Assembly: GCA_050613775.1 (NCBI GenBank)
Contig: JBODTK010000129.1
Span: 124,001-188,000, forward strand
Length of the DNA stretch: 64,000 nt
Direction: 5' to 3'
Source: Neocallimastix sp. 'constans'
Lineage: Eukaryota
In this document: one piece after another, positions 49,851-60,060 of the stretch
Layout: each line of letters opens with the position of its first letter
Position numbering within the stretch: the first letter of the stretch is position 1
The notes under the pieces: generated by a model
Told to the model about the DNA's origin: nothing
Database searches by the model: none
What the model saw: only the letters and a program-made list of their open reading frames with translations
Translations under genes and position numbers: made by a program

Positions 49851-50744
49851 ATGGCTGAAAATAAAATCAATTTTAAAGAATTAAAAAAGGAATTAAAAGA
49901 TATCGAGAAAATTTCAAAGGAAAATCTCGATATCAAATCTTGGGAATCAGAAATCCGATTATGGATAAAACTTGAGGAAGTTACTGATCCCAAAAAGATT
50001 TTTACCGCCTGCTTACTCACGTCTACTGGAGAGCCTCGTGAAGTTATCCAGGATTTAATTGAAAGTTACAGTACCGATTCTGAATCAGAAAGTGAGGACG
50101 AAGAAGAAGAAGAATCTGATTCAGAAGAAAAGAAAAAAGATGAATATCCTTCCTTAAAGGAAATTGTAGAAGCAATAGAAACTTTTTATGGTCTTAAAGA
50201 AGACCAGAATATGTTACTTCGTGAGCTCCGTGCTTTAAGAATTAAAAGAAATGAGCGAGTAAAAGACTTTAATACTCGTTTCCGATCCATATATTTGAAA
50301 TTAGATAAGAAAAGAAAGAAGCGAGTCAGTGTTCTCGATTATATTGATGCTCTTAGGAACAATGAAGAAGCTTGGAAAAAGGTCTCCCTTAAGGATGACA
50401 TTTCTTTAAATCGGGCGTTTGACATTGCCGAAAAAGTTGATAGAGTAATGAATTTGAGACCCTCAAAAGAGTACTCAACTGAAATTGTCAACCCAAGAAT
50501 AAATATCAGGAATAATTATCAAAACAACAGAAAGGTAGTAAGAGAGAATTATGAAGTTAGAAGCCCAAAAAGAAATAAAGATTACGAATTGGAGGACTTA
50601 ACAAAAAAAATGAAAAATCTTACCATTAAAGCCTGTTTTTATTGTAGCGATCCAGGACATTTGCAGTATAATTGTCCTAAGTTAAATGCAATTATTCAAG
50701 AAAATAAGAAACGGTTATATAGTGGAAAATCTTTAAACCACTAA
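49851..50744 (+). CDS. gag: E5 Gag with CCHC zinc knuckle
   Basis: ATG at 49851 (MAENKINFKELKKELKDI) aligns with the E1 and E4 starts; CFYCSDPGHLQYNC. Confidence 0.93.
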   Translation: MAENKINFKELKKELKDIEKISKENLDIKSWESEIRLWIKLEEVTDPKKIFTACLLTSTGEPREVIQDLIESYSTDSESESEDEEEEESDSEEKKKDEYPSLKEIVEAIETFYGLKEDQNMLLRELRALRIKRNERVKDFNTRFRSIYLKLDKKRKKRVSVLDYIDALRNNEEAWKKVSLKDDISLNRAFDIAEKVDRVMNLRPSKEYSTEIVNPRINIRNNYQNNRKVVRENYEVRSPKRNKDYELEDLTKKMKNLTIKACFYCSDPGHLQYNCPKLNAIIQENKKRLYSGKSLNH

Positions 50745-53700
50745 AAGGGAGAGGAAGCACTCCCTATAAAAATAAAATAGCTTCATTACAATACAAATCC
50801 ATTCCTAGTAGTACAAATGATTATAATAAGGAAGAAAAAGAAGATGCTTCCTATACTAATGAAACTCACAAAGAATCCGATAATGAGAATGATGTAGAAT
50901 TTATAGTTAGTGCGACAAAAAGGAAGTTGACGACTAACGATGGAACTAGTGAAAATAATGAAAAGAGACAACGTAAAAGTCTCAAAGATAATCCTACCCC
51001 TATAACAACTCCTGCAATAAGAAAGATAAAAGAGAAGGAAATAGAAAATAGAATAATTGTTAAAAATAAAAATCAACTACATCCTTCGATAATGGCGCAG
51101 CCTAATATAAATATTGAGAAAGCCAAAGAAAAACAAATTCGGAATAAAGAAAGAGCTAACTTTGGAAATAACAAGGGAAAAAGGAAGGAAAGGGAGGATA
51201 ATATTACTATAAGAGAAAAGCAAAGTCTGGATTCTTCAAAACAAAGAAATAGCATCAGTACTACTAGTGATAAAATGCATCAACGATTAAATAAATTAAT
51301 TGATAATGAAAACGATAAAATTATTAAAACAAAACAAATCAATGAAATGGAAGTTATTGAAGTTCCTGAAAAGCTTAATGACGAAGGTCATGAGAATATT
51401 ACATTACAGAAGCTCATAGATTTTCAAGAGCCTAAAGAAAAAGCAACAATTAGTAGAACGCTTAGGAACATCAAGATGTGTAAGGATCAGGAAGAATATG
51501 ATGTTTTACAAGATTTGAATGAAACCAAGTGTAATATTAGTTTCGGTCAGCTCCTCAATGTTTCTCCAAAAGTCAGAAGTCAAGTAAGTCAAGGATTAAA
51601 ATTAGAAAAACCTGAAAAGAAAATAATAGGTGCATTAAACAATACTATTGCTGCTGCTACTTTGGTAAATAATATTGATCACTCTTATATTAGCAAAAGT
51701 AAGGAAACCTCAGAAGAAGATATTGCCATGGTTGATGTAACAGTAGATGAAATTCCTGGTAAAGCACTTATTGATTCTTGTAGTAACCTCAATGTTATCA
51801 CAAAAAAATTTTATGAGAAATTACCTGGAAATTATGAAGAAGTAGGTATTAGTCGTGGAAGGATACGTTTAGCGACTAAGAATGATGAGTATTCGGAAGG
51901 AATCATTGTACGAATACCTGTTAAGATTAATGATTATAAAATGATAGTAGATTTTCGTATAATTGATGATGATGACCCATTTTATGATTTGTTGATTAAT
52001 TTTCAAACTCAAGTAGAACACAATCTTTTTATCCATCCTATAAGATATAGTTTATGTCAATTTAATTCTCAAGGACTAATCGACGTTATAGCTCCTATTA
52101 ATAATAATTTCCAAGAAGAAGAAAAATTAGTATGTATAGTAAGGAAAATACTTGAAGATGAAGACACAACTAATGAATTAAAGAAACTTGAAGGTCTATC
52201 CCCGCAAGAGTATATCCATGGTGAAAAATTTTTAGCAAGTCTTTGTAAAGATTATAAAGATGTAATAGTAAAATTACTTGAAGAAAACTTGGATATTATA
52301 GCGACATCTTCTGAAGAATTAACCCCGTCAGACTTAGCACCTCATAAGATTAACTTGAAAGCGAACGCAAAACCTGTTAAACAAAGATGTTACAGGGTAA
52401 CCAAATTTAAATCGGATATTATTAAAGAAGAACTAATTAAACTTATTAAGAAAAAGCTAGTTGTACCATCTTATTCAGAATGGTCTTCACCTGTTGTTGT
52501 GGTCCCAAAGGCTAATGGAAAATGGAGATTGTGTGTGGACTACCGCAAGGTGAATGATCTAACCGAAAAAGACTCTTATGCCCTTCCATATATTGACGAG
52601 ATATTTGACAGTTTAGATGGTGCCAAAATCTTTACTACTATGGATCTATACTCAGGTTACCATCAAATCCTAATGGACGAAGAAAGTGTTGAAATAACCA
52701 GTTTTACAACCAAATTTGGCAACTACCAATTCAAAGTTATGCCTTTCGGATTAACTGGAGCTCCGGCTACCTTCCAACGGGAAATGAATAGAATTTTATT
52801 TCCTTTAATCGGAAAATGTGTTTTCAACTTTATTGATGATATACTTATATATTCAAAAACTGTCGAAGAACATATCCAACACATAAAGCAGGTATTAGCA
52901 ATCTTCAAGGAACATAAATTAAAAATTAATATTGAAAAATGTCACTTTATGCAAACGGAAGTTGAAGTTCTTGGTCACAAGATTTCTACTAAGGGTCTTA
53001 GTCCTCAAAATAGTAAAATTGAAGCAATTAAAGCCTGGAAAGAACCCACGAATATACATGAGTTAAGATCATTCTTAGGTGCTGTAGGATATTATAGGAA
53101 CTTTATAAATGAATATGCTCAAACCTCAGCTCCTCTTTGTAAGCTATTAAGAAAAGGCGTAAAATATAAATGGAATAATGAACAAAAACAAAGTTTTACC
53201 AAATTAAAAGAAAAATTAATTAATGCTCCTATTTTAAAATATCCTGATTTTTCCAAAGAATTCATTATTCGAACAGATGCATCATATGAAGGTATTGGTG
53301 GAGTTTTATTGCAGAAAGACGAATCGGAAATAGAACACCCGATTCATTTCATTAGCCGTAGCTTAACCAAAGCAGAAAAGAATTATGGAATAACCGATTT
53401 GGAAGGAACGGCTTTATATTATTGTATTACTAAATTAAAACCTTATATTATGGGAAGCCCCTTTAGAACCATAGTTTTTACAGATCACAAACCTCTACTA
53501 GGTTTATTTAATAATAAGGAACCGAATAATGCACGACAAACAAGATGGTGTTTGACTGCAAGTATGCTAAAAGTGGATATTCGTTATGAGCAAGGTAAAA
53601 AGAATGTAGTAGCCGACGCTTTATCTAGAATGAAGAACGATAAAGAACAAAAGGTATTAGCTATAAAAACGAATAAAGATGATGAAAATGATTCACTTTC

Positions 53701-54850
53701 TAAAGTAATTAAAGAATTTATTGAAGAAAAATTTACAAAGATTGATGGTATAGATTATTTTATAGATGGAAATAATTATAGAAAACTTGTTACCGAAATA
53801 AATGAAAAATTAAAATTAATTCTAGAAGCACATCATGTTGGCCATGAAGGTTATTATAAAACATATCAAAGACTTAGAAAAAGTTACTACTGGAATGATA
53901 TGGTCAACGATATAAAACGGATAATTTCAAAATGCGAAAAATGTCAGTTAAATCGCCCTCAGCCATATCCAGAACCAACCGAAAACATTCCAACAGAAGT
54001 TGAAGGCCCTTTTACTCATCTTGGACTTGATATTATTGGTCCCTTAATAAAAACTGGTAATAAAAACCAATATATCATTGTTGCGGTGGATTATTTCACA
54101 AAGTGGGTGGAGGCTGAACCTACTGAAAATATTACATCTAAGGACATCATTAAGTTTTTAATAAATGTTTTCGCTAGACATGGAGTTCCTCAAGTCATTA
54201 CAACGGATAATGGCGTTCAATTCACATCGGATATGACTAAAATATTCCTGGACTTATATGATGTTTACGTAAAATTTACCACTACCTATCACCCAGAAAG
54301 TAATGGATTGGTTGAAAATAGGAATAAAGAAATTGGTAAATTATTGAGATTACTTGGTGAAGAAAATAAAGACTGGGATGAGGTATTACCTTCAGCCTTG
54401 TGGGCCCTTAGAACTACAAAGAATTCTGTAACCAAACATTCTAGCTTCGAATTAGTTTATGGTCGTGAGGATCAACAGCCTTTCGACATTGCTGCTAGAC
54501 CTACACAAGGAGTGAATAAATCTTCAGATGAAATTCTTTTAGAAAAATTTATCTCACATTATAGGTGGACCATGGAAGCAGCTGAAAATGTAAAGAACGC
54601 AAGTAAATATTGGGCCAATCGAAGGGAAGAAAAAAATAGCATGAAAAATTCCAAAAACATAAGAATCGGTGATTTAGTTCTTGTTCGAAATTTTAGTCGT
54701 TCTAAATTAGAACCTTATTTTGTCGGTCCTTTAAAAGTAATAAAAAAACAATTTAATACCGTAACACTTGCGGACCCAAATACTATGATTCAAATGAATC
54801 GTAATGTTCATTTGAAAAATATAGTAAAGTATAACTCAGCTATAGATTAG
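50732..54850 (+). CDS. pol: E5 Pol (PR-RT-RNaseH-IN), -1 frameshift
   Basis: Slip site TTTAAAC 50732-50738; -1 frame open into the 1307-aa ORF. Confidence 0.96.
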   Translation, partial: FKPLKGRGSTPYKNKIASLQYKSIPSSTNDYNKEEKEDASYTNETHKESDNENDVEFIVSATKRKLTTNDGTSENNEKRQRKSLKDNPTPITTPAIRKIKEKEIENRIIVKNKNQLHPSIMAQPNINIEKAKEKQIRNKERANFGNNKGKRKEREDNITIREKQSLDSSKQRNSISTTSDKMHQRLNKLIDNENDKIIKTKQINEMEVIEVPEKLNDEGHENITLQKLIDFQEPKEKATISRTLRNIKMCKDQEEYDVLQDLNETKCNISFGQLLNVSPKVRSQVSQGLKLEKPEKKIIGALNNTIAAATLVNNIDHSYISKSKETSEEDIAMVDVTVDEIPGKALIDSCSNLNVITKKFYEKLPGNYEEVGISRGRIRLATKNDEYSEGIIVRIPVKINDYKMIVDFRIIDDDDPFYDLLINFQTQVEHNLFIHPIRYSLCQFNSQGLIDVIAPINNNFQEEEKLVCIVRKILEDEDTTNELKKLEGLSPQEYIHGEKFLASLCKDYKDVIVKLLEENLDIIATSSEELTPSDLAPHKINLKANAKPVKQRCYRVTKFKSDIIKEELIKLIKKKLVVPSYSEWSSPVVVVPKANGKWRLCVDYRKVNDLTEKDSYALPYIDEIFDSLDGAKIFTTMDLYSGYHQILMDEESVEITSFTTKFGNYQFKVMPFGLTGAPATFQREMNRILFPLIGKCVFNFIDDILIYSKTVEEHIQHIKQVLAIFKEHKLKINIEKCHFMQTEVEVLGHKISTKGLSPQNSKIEAIKAWKEPTNIHELRSFLGAVGYYRNFINEYAQTSAPLCKLLRKGVKYKWNNEQKQSFTKLKEKLINAPILKYPDFSKEFIIRTDASYEGIGGVLLQKDESEIEHPIHFISRSLTKAEKNYGITDLEGTALYYCITKLKPYIMGSPFRTIVFTDHKPLLGLFNNKEPNNARQTRWCLTASMLKVDIRYEQGKKNVVADALSRMKNDKEQKVLAIKTNKDDENDSLSKVIKEFIEEKFTKIDGIDYFIDGNNYRKLVTEINEKLKLILEAHHVGHEGYYKTYQRLRKSYYWNDMVNDIKRIISKCEKCQLNRPQPYPEPTENIPTEVEGPFTHLGLDIIGPLIKTGNKNQYIIVAVDYFTKWVEAEPTENITSKDIIKFLINVFARHGVPQVITTDNGVQFTSDMTKIFLDLYDVYVKFTTTYHPESNGLVENRNKEIGKLLRLLGEENKDWDEVLPSALWALRTTKNSVTKHSSFELVYGREDQQPFDIAARPTQGVNKSSDEILLEKFISHYRWTMEAAENVKNASKYWANRREEKNSMKNSKNIRIGDLVLVRNFSRSKLEPYFVGPLKVIKKQFNTVTLADPNTMIQMNRNVHLKNIVKYNSAID

Positions 54851-56484
54851 CTTGAGTCTTAGTGGGGGCATCTTGGTAAAGAACGAACATATAATGGATT
54901 ATTAATTAGAATTTCAACTTACTTTAGAATCCATTATATTATTCTTTACTTAATATTACTTTACTATATTTTCTATACTAAAATATTTTCTAAATATATT
55001 TATTTTTTTTTATATTTTTATTAAAAGTTTCTAAAATATTATCAATAATTTTATATTTTTATTATTAATATCAATATCTATAATTTAACCTTAAATTTTA
55101 TTATTTTATTAAAGTGTTTATTATCAATATTAATATTTTATTTTTATTTTCAAATATATTATTATATTATTATTATATTGTATCAATATTAAACTTGTAT
55201 TCTTTTTAGTATTTTATTTTATTTTTAAATTGACTATTTTATATTTTTATTCCCCACAAATAAAATCAAATCTTAATTGATTAATAATAAATATTAAATA
55301 TATTATAGTTTTTAAATTTATTTTATATAAAATATAAGAATATTATATTAACATTCTTGATTAAAATAACTTTATTTTTCTGTAAAATCTTTTTAAATTT
55401 TGTTTGTTACTTTTCGTATATATTAAATAATTTAGTTTTAGTATATGAAAAATAATATAAAATTATGTAAACAAAATTTATTAAAATAAAAATACTTATG
55501 AATTAGTTAATTTAAATTAATATAAAATTTTAAGTAATTAGTAATAGTAAATATTTTTTTTTAAATATGATAATAAAATGTAGAAAGGCTTTACATATTT
55601 ATTTTTTTTCAAAAAGTATAAATAAGTGAAGTTTTTCAATAATTAAAATGTAGACAGAAAAATATTAAAAATAAATAATTAAATAAAATTCTAATAAAAC
55701 CCGAACCATAACATTATTGATGCATGTCCAGTAAAAATAATAGAAAATAATAGAAAAATTATTTAGAAAAATTATTAATATAAATATTTATTAAAAATTA
55801 ATTTTATATAATGAATCTTAAAATATATTATTAATATATTATTAAAGATAATTTATTATTATTAATTATTAAAATATTAAATTAAATAATAATATTAAAA
55901 ATATTAAAAGAATTGTTGATAATATAGTAAAATTAGTTATATTAATTATAACGGAGATTGAATGTTTAATTAAATTGATGTTAATATTAAAATAATTTTT
56001 AAATAATGTTAAACAATATGAATTAATAGTTATAAGTAAAAAGTTATGAATATTTATATTTATTAATTAATTTTAGTGTTTCGATAAATAAAATTTATAA
56101 AATTAGTAAAAAATATAATTATGAAAATAATTTATAAATAAATATTTTCTTTTTTTTTTGAAGGAATAATAATAAAACATGTATTTTTTTTATGATAAAA
56201 TATAATAAATAAAATAATAAAAGATAAATAAATAAAAAGTAAATATAATTATTGTAATATAATATTCTTGGAGTAATTCCCTTTTGCACAAACGCCCAAC
56301 TAACATATACGGTATTTAATAAAATATCGTATCAAAAATGGTGGAGAATCCGGGCGTGCAAACCAAGAATATTATGAAATTTATATTTATATTGATATTT
56401 ACTTTTTAAAAAATAAAGACAATTAAATAATTAATATTAAATTAAAATTAAATAATTAATTTTTTTATAATAGTAATATATAAA

Positions 56485-56519
<35 letters not shown>

Positions 56520-56985
56520 CGCCTAAAATTATTATGATTATTATTAAATAATAATTAAAGGTAACTGGGAGTTCGAACCAGAATAAAAACGAATAAGTCT
56601 TTAATTATTATTATTAGTATAGTTAATTTTTTTTTATTATCATCTTTATTAGTAATTAAAGACAACTGGGAATTCGGACCAGTATAAAAACGAATAAACC
56701 TTTAATTAAGAAATGATATTATAATAAAAAGTAGTAATAGTTTAGTATAAAAATTAATATTAAATAATATTTTATTAATAGTATATGTGATAATATTTAG
56801 AAAAAAAAAAAAAATAATAGATAATATTTTAATAATAATAATAAATAATATTTTAGTAATGGTGAATTAAGTAATAATTAATAATAATAAATGATATTTT
56901 AGTAATAGTGAATTAAGTAATAATTAATAATAATAAATAATATTTTAATAATAGTAATATTTTAGTAATAGTATATAAAATAAGA

Positions 56986-57019
<34 letters not shown>

Positions 57020-57121
57020 GTAATAATAATAACAATAATAATAACAATAATAAAAATAACATTATTATACTCGTAAAAGTATATAAGAATATAATTTCAA
57101 ATTAAAATAATAATTAGATAA

Positions 57122-58426
57122 ATGGCGGACGCTTCGAAAATTAGAAGAGACTTACCATACTTAGCAAATTATGGTAAGGACATAGATTCTTGGATAGAAG
57201 ATTTCAAAAATGTTATGGAAATTTACAACATCGAGGAACCAAACAGAATTTTTATTTGGGTAAAGAACGCAGTAGAGGCTGACATAAAAAACCTTTTAAA
57301 ATCTTTATGTACTACAAGAAATAATGTTAAAAGGTTTCCCTCATATAAAGAAATCCAGAGAGCCATTGAAGATTATTTAGAAATTACTCAAAATGATAAG
57401 TGTTCAATTTTAAAGGCCTTAAAAATAAAAAGAAATGAAACAATTAAAGGATTTAATTATAATTATTTAACTCTTTATCATCGACTTGACTTGGAATATA
57501 AAAAATTAATATGTGTCGATGATTATTTAAATGCTATACATGATAGGGTATATGTACATTCTCAAGTAATTTTGGCCAACTGTAAAACATTAACAGAAGC
57601 GTTCGAAGTAGCAGAACGTGCAGAAAAAGCTGAAGTACGAACTATAACAAACAAAAATTCTCAGAATGTTATGGTATATCAAAACAACATAAATAAAAAT
57701 AATAACAATTTATTAAATCATCCAATTTATAGGAGCTTAAGAGAACATGGAAATAATTTAGATAATTCATATCAAGCGTCATCATATGTTATGGGTTATA
57801 TAAATGAAAACTCCACCAATAATAGAATGTTTACACCAGGTAGATATAGTAACAATAAAAATAAAAGTTTTAATAATAATAATAATTATTATCACGGAGT
57901 AGAACAAATTCAACAAAATAATACTTATGATACAAGAAGATTCTATAATAACTACGAACCAAAAGCTAGAAAATCAGTTATGTGTTACTCATGTAAACAA
58001 GTAGGACATAAAGCTTATGAATGTCCTAATAATAAAAATAATGGTAGTAATAGAAATAATAATCTTTATAATATGAATAATAATGATATGGGTAATAATT
58101 ATAATAATAATTTTGATTATAATAATAATAGTAATAAATATAACAATTATTATAATAATAGTAATAAAAATGGCTACAATAATTCTTTTAATGGTAGTAA
58201 TTATTACTTTAATAAAAATAATAAATTTACTGGAAATAATATTGCTAATAGAAATAATCATAATTTTAATGAGAATAATATTCCCACTGGAAATAATAAT
58301 TTTAATAGAAATTCTAATGGAATAAATCAGGATATTAATACTACTAGTTCAAATATTAATAGTAATTTCAAAGCTAATGTAAATAATAATAATAATAATG
58401 GAGATAGCTTTAATAATTTAAACTAA
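57122..58426 (+). CDS. gag: E6 Gag, divergent type with CCHC knuckle and Asn-rich tail
   Basis: 434-aa ORF; LKALKIKRNETIKGFN matches the other Gags; CYSCKQVGHKAYEC. Confidence 0.88.
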   Translation: MADASKIRRDLPYLANYGKDIDSWIEDFKNVMEIYNIEEPNRIFIWVKNAVEADIKNLLKSLCTTRNNVKRFPSYKEIQRAIEDYLEITQNDKCSILKALKIKRNETIKGFNYNYLTLYHRLDLEYKKLICVDDYLNAIHDRVYVHSQVILANCKTLTEAFEVAERAEKAEVRTITNKNSQNVMVYQNNINKNNNNLLNHPIYRSLREHGNNLDNSYQASSYVMGYINENSTNNRMFTPGRYSNNKNKSFNNNNNYYHGVEQIQQNNTYDTRRFYNNYEPKARKSVMCYSCKQVGHKAYECPNNKNNGSNRNNNLYNMNNNDMGNNYNNNFDYNNNSNKYNNYYNNSNKNGYNNSFNGSNYYFNKNNKFTGNNIANRNNHNFNENNIPTGNNNFNRNSNGINQDINTTSSNINSNFKANVNNNNNNGDSFNNLN

Positions 58427-58588
58427 ATAATGGGAGAAGGACAACTCCCGTTAACCAAACCAAACTTCAAACTTATAATAAAAATAATAGTATTAATGAA
58501 GAATATGTAAATTTAACATACTCTCCCAAGTTAAATAATAATACTATGAAAATAAAAAATAATTATAATAATACTAATGATAATAATT

Positions 58589-58619
<31 letters not shown>

Positions 58620-58985
58620 ACATAATAATAATAATAATAATAATAATTCATATAATGCTAGTGCAACTTCAAATAATGATGTAATAAATAATGGATATCC
58701 TTATAATGATAATTCACATAATTATGATATAAACAATAATTATTTAAATAAGAATAATAAAATAAATTATACAAACAGTTTATTTGATGATAATCATACA
58801 AGTATTGATAATATTTATTCCAATAATAATAATAATAATAACTTAAATAATATAGAATATCTTAGTAAGAATACTAGTAACGGTTATAAATTAAATAATA
58901 GTAATCATAACAACATCTATGAAAATGACACTATTAATAAACAAGTTAACAATGATGTTAATATAAATGTAACGAATCTTAAAAA
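58417..58985 (+). pseudogene. pol: E6 pol N-terminal (transframe) fragment, Asn-rich, cut by the E7 LTR
   Basis: -1 frame open from TTTAAAC (LNNGRRTTP matches LLNGSRSTP of E1); runs into the E7 LTR end at 58986. Confidence 0.75.
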
Positions 58986-60037
58986 TGTTATGGTTCGAGG
59001 AATTCAAAAAAAAAAATTATATAATATTAAAACACAAAAAAAAAAATTTTATTCTTTCACAATAATTTTTATTTATTTATTATATTTTTATTTTAATTTT
59101 TATTTTATTTTTATTATTATTTTTATTTATTTATTTTATTTTTATTTTATTTTTATTATTATTTTTATTTATTTATTTTATTTTTATTTTATTTTTATTA
59201 TTATTTTTATTTATTTTTATTTATTTTTTTTTTATTTATTTATTTTTTTTTATTTATTTATTTTTATTATTTCTATTTTTATTTTCTTTTTTTTTTTTTT
59301 TCCCTCCCCTAAAAAGGGGTTCCAAGGTAGTCAATTTATATCTTTTTGAAGATATAAAAGTAGCAAAGCCTCTGGAAGTAGTTGAAGAGATGGAAAAACA
59401 ATAGATTTTTAAATCTTATTGATTATTTCCTTATTGTAATAAATAGAAATTTTATTATTTCCTAATATTCAAATTAACCAAAATAAATCTATAATATAAA
59501 AGATGCATTATAGATAAGAATTAAACAAAAAAAAGAGAAGCAGTATTACAATAAAATTGAATACTTTAACTTAATTTTGATACTAATTTAATATGTAATC
59601 TTATATATTAATTTGAATGACATAATAGAAAATAAAATACATTTATTAATATATGAAAAATCTTTTACAATTTTAAATACAGAAAATTTTATTTTATTTA
59701 TTTCTTTCATTTCAATTATTTCTTAATTCGAAAGACAGAAATATTGATAAAGTTATTTAAGTTGTTTATATACAGGAATTATTCCTTATTTAGAAAAATA
59801 ATACTAAAAGTAATTAGTACTATGTTATTGCTAAACTCTCATAAATTTAATTTACCTTTATAAGGAATGAACATAAATTTAAATTAAATTTTATGTATAA
59901 ACTTAAATTTTCAGATCAAATAATATAGTAAAATTATTAATGTAAAGAATACATAAATTTATTAATATTTTAAAATTCACCTTGACTATATTAAAAGGTT
60001 TTTAATAAGAATCAATTTATTACTTCATTCTTTATCA
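58986..60037 (-). repeat. E7 3' LTR (about 1052 bp, inferred)
   Basis: Both termini match termini of related LTRs; partner LTR not in window. Confidence 0.75.
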
Positions 60038-60060
60038 CGATGCCCCCGCTAAGACTCAAG

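Larger units (their letters stand above)
46684..55713 (+). mobile_element. E5: full-length Ty3/Gypsy LTR retrotransposon
   Basis: 840-bp LTRs 46684-47523 and 54874-55713, PBS at 47531, gag/pol, GGGGGCATCT, TSD TTAT (46680-46683 / 55714-55717). Confidence 0.97.
55718..58985 (+). mobile_element. E6: 5' part of a more distant Gypsy-like LTR element, interrupted by E7
   Basis: Putative LTR 55718-56334 (TGAT...ATCA), PBS TGGTGGAGAATCCGGGC at 56339 (second tRNA-Ala isoacceptor), gag, slip site. The 3' LTR is not in the window. Confidence 0.85.

Noticed and set aside
58546..59349. 267-aa ORF with a hydrophobic tail (env-like?)
   Set aside because: Chimeric read-through from E6 pol into T-rich antisense E7 LTR sequence after 58985.
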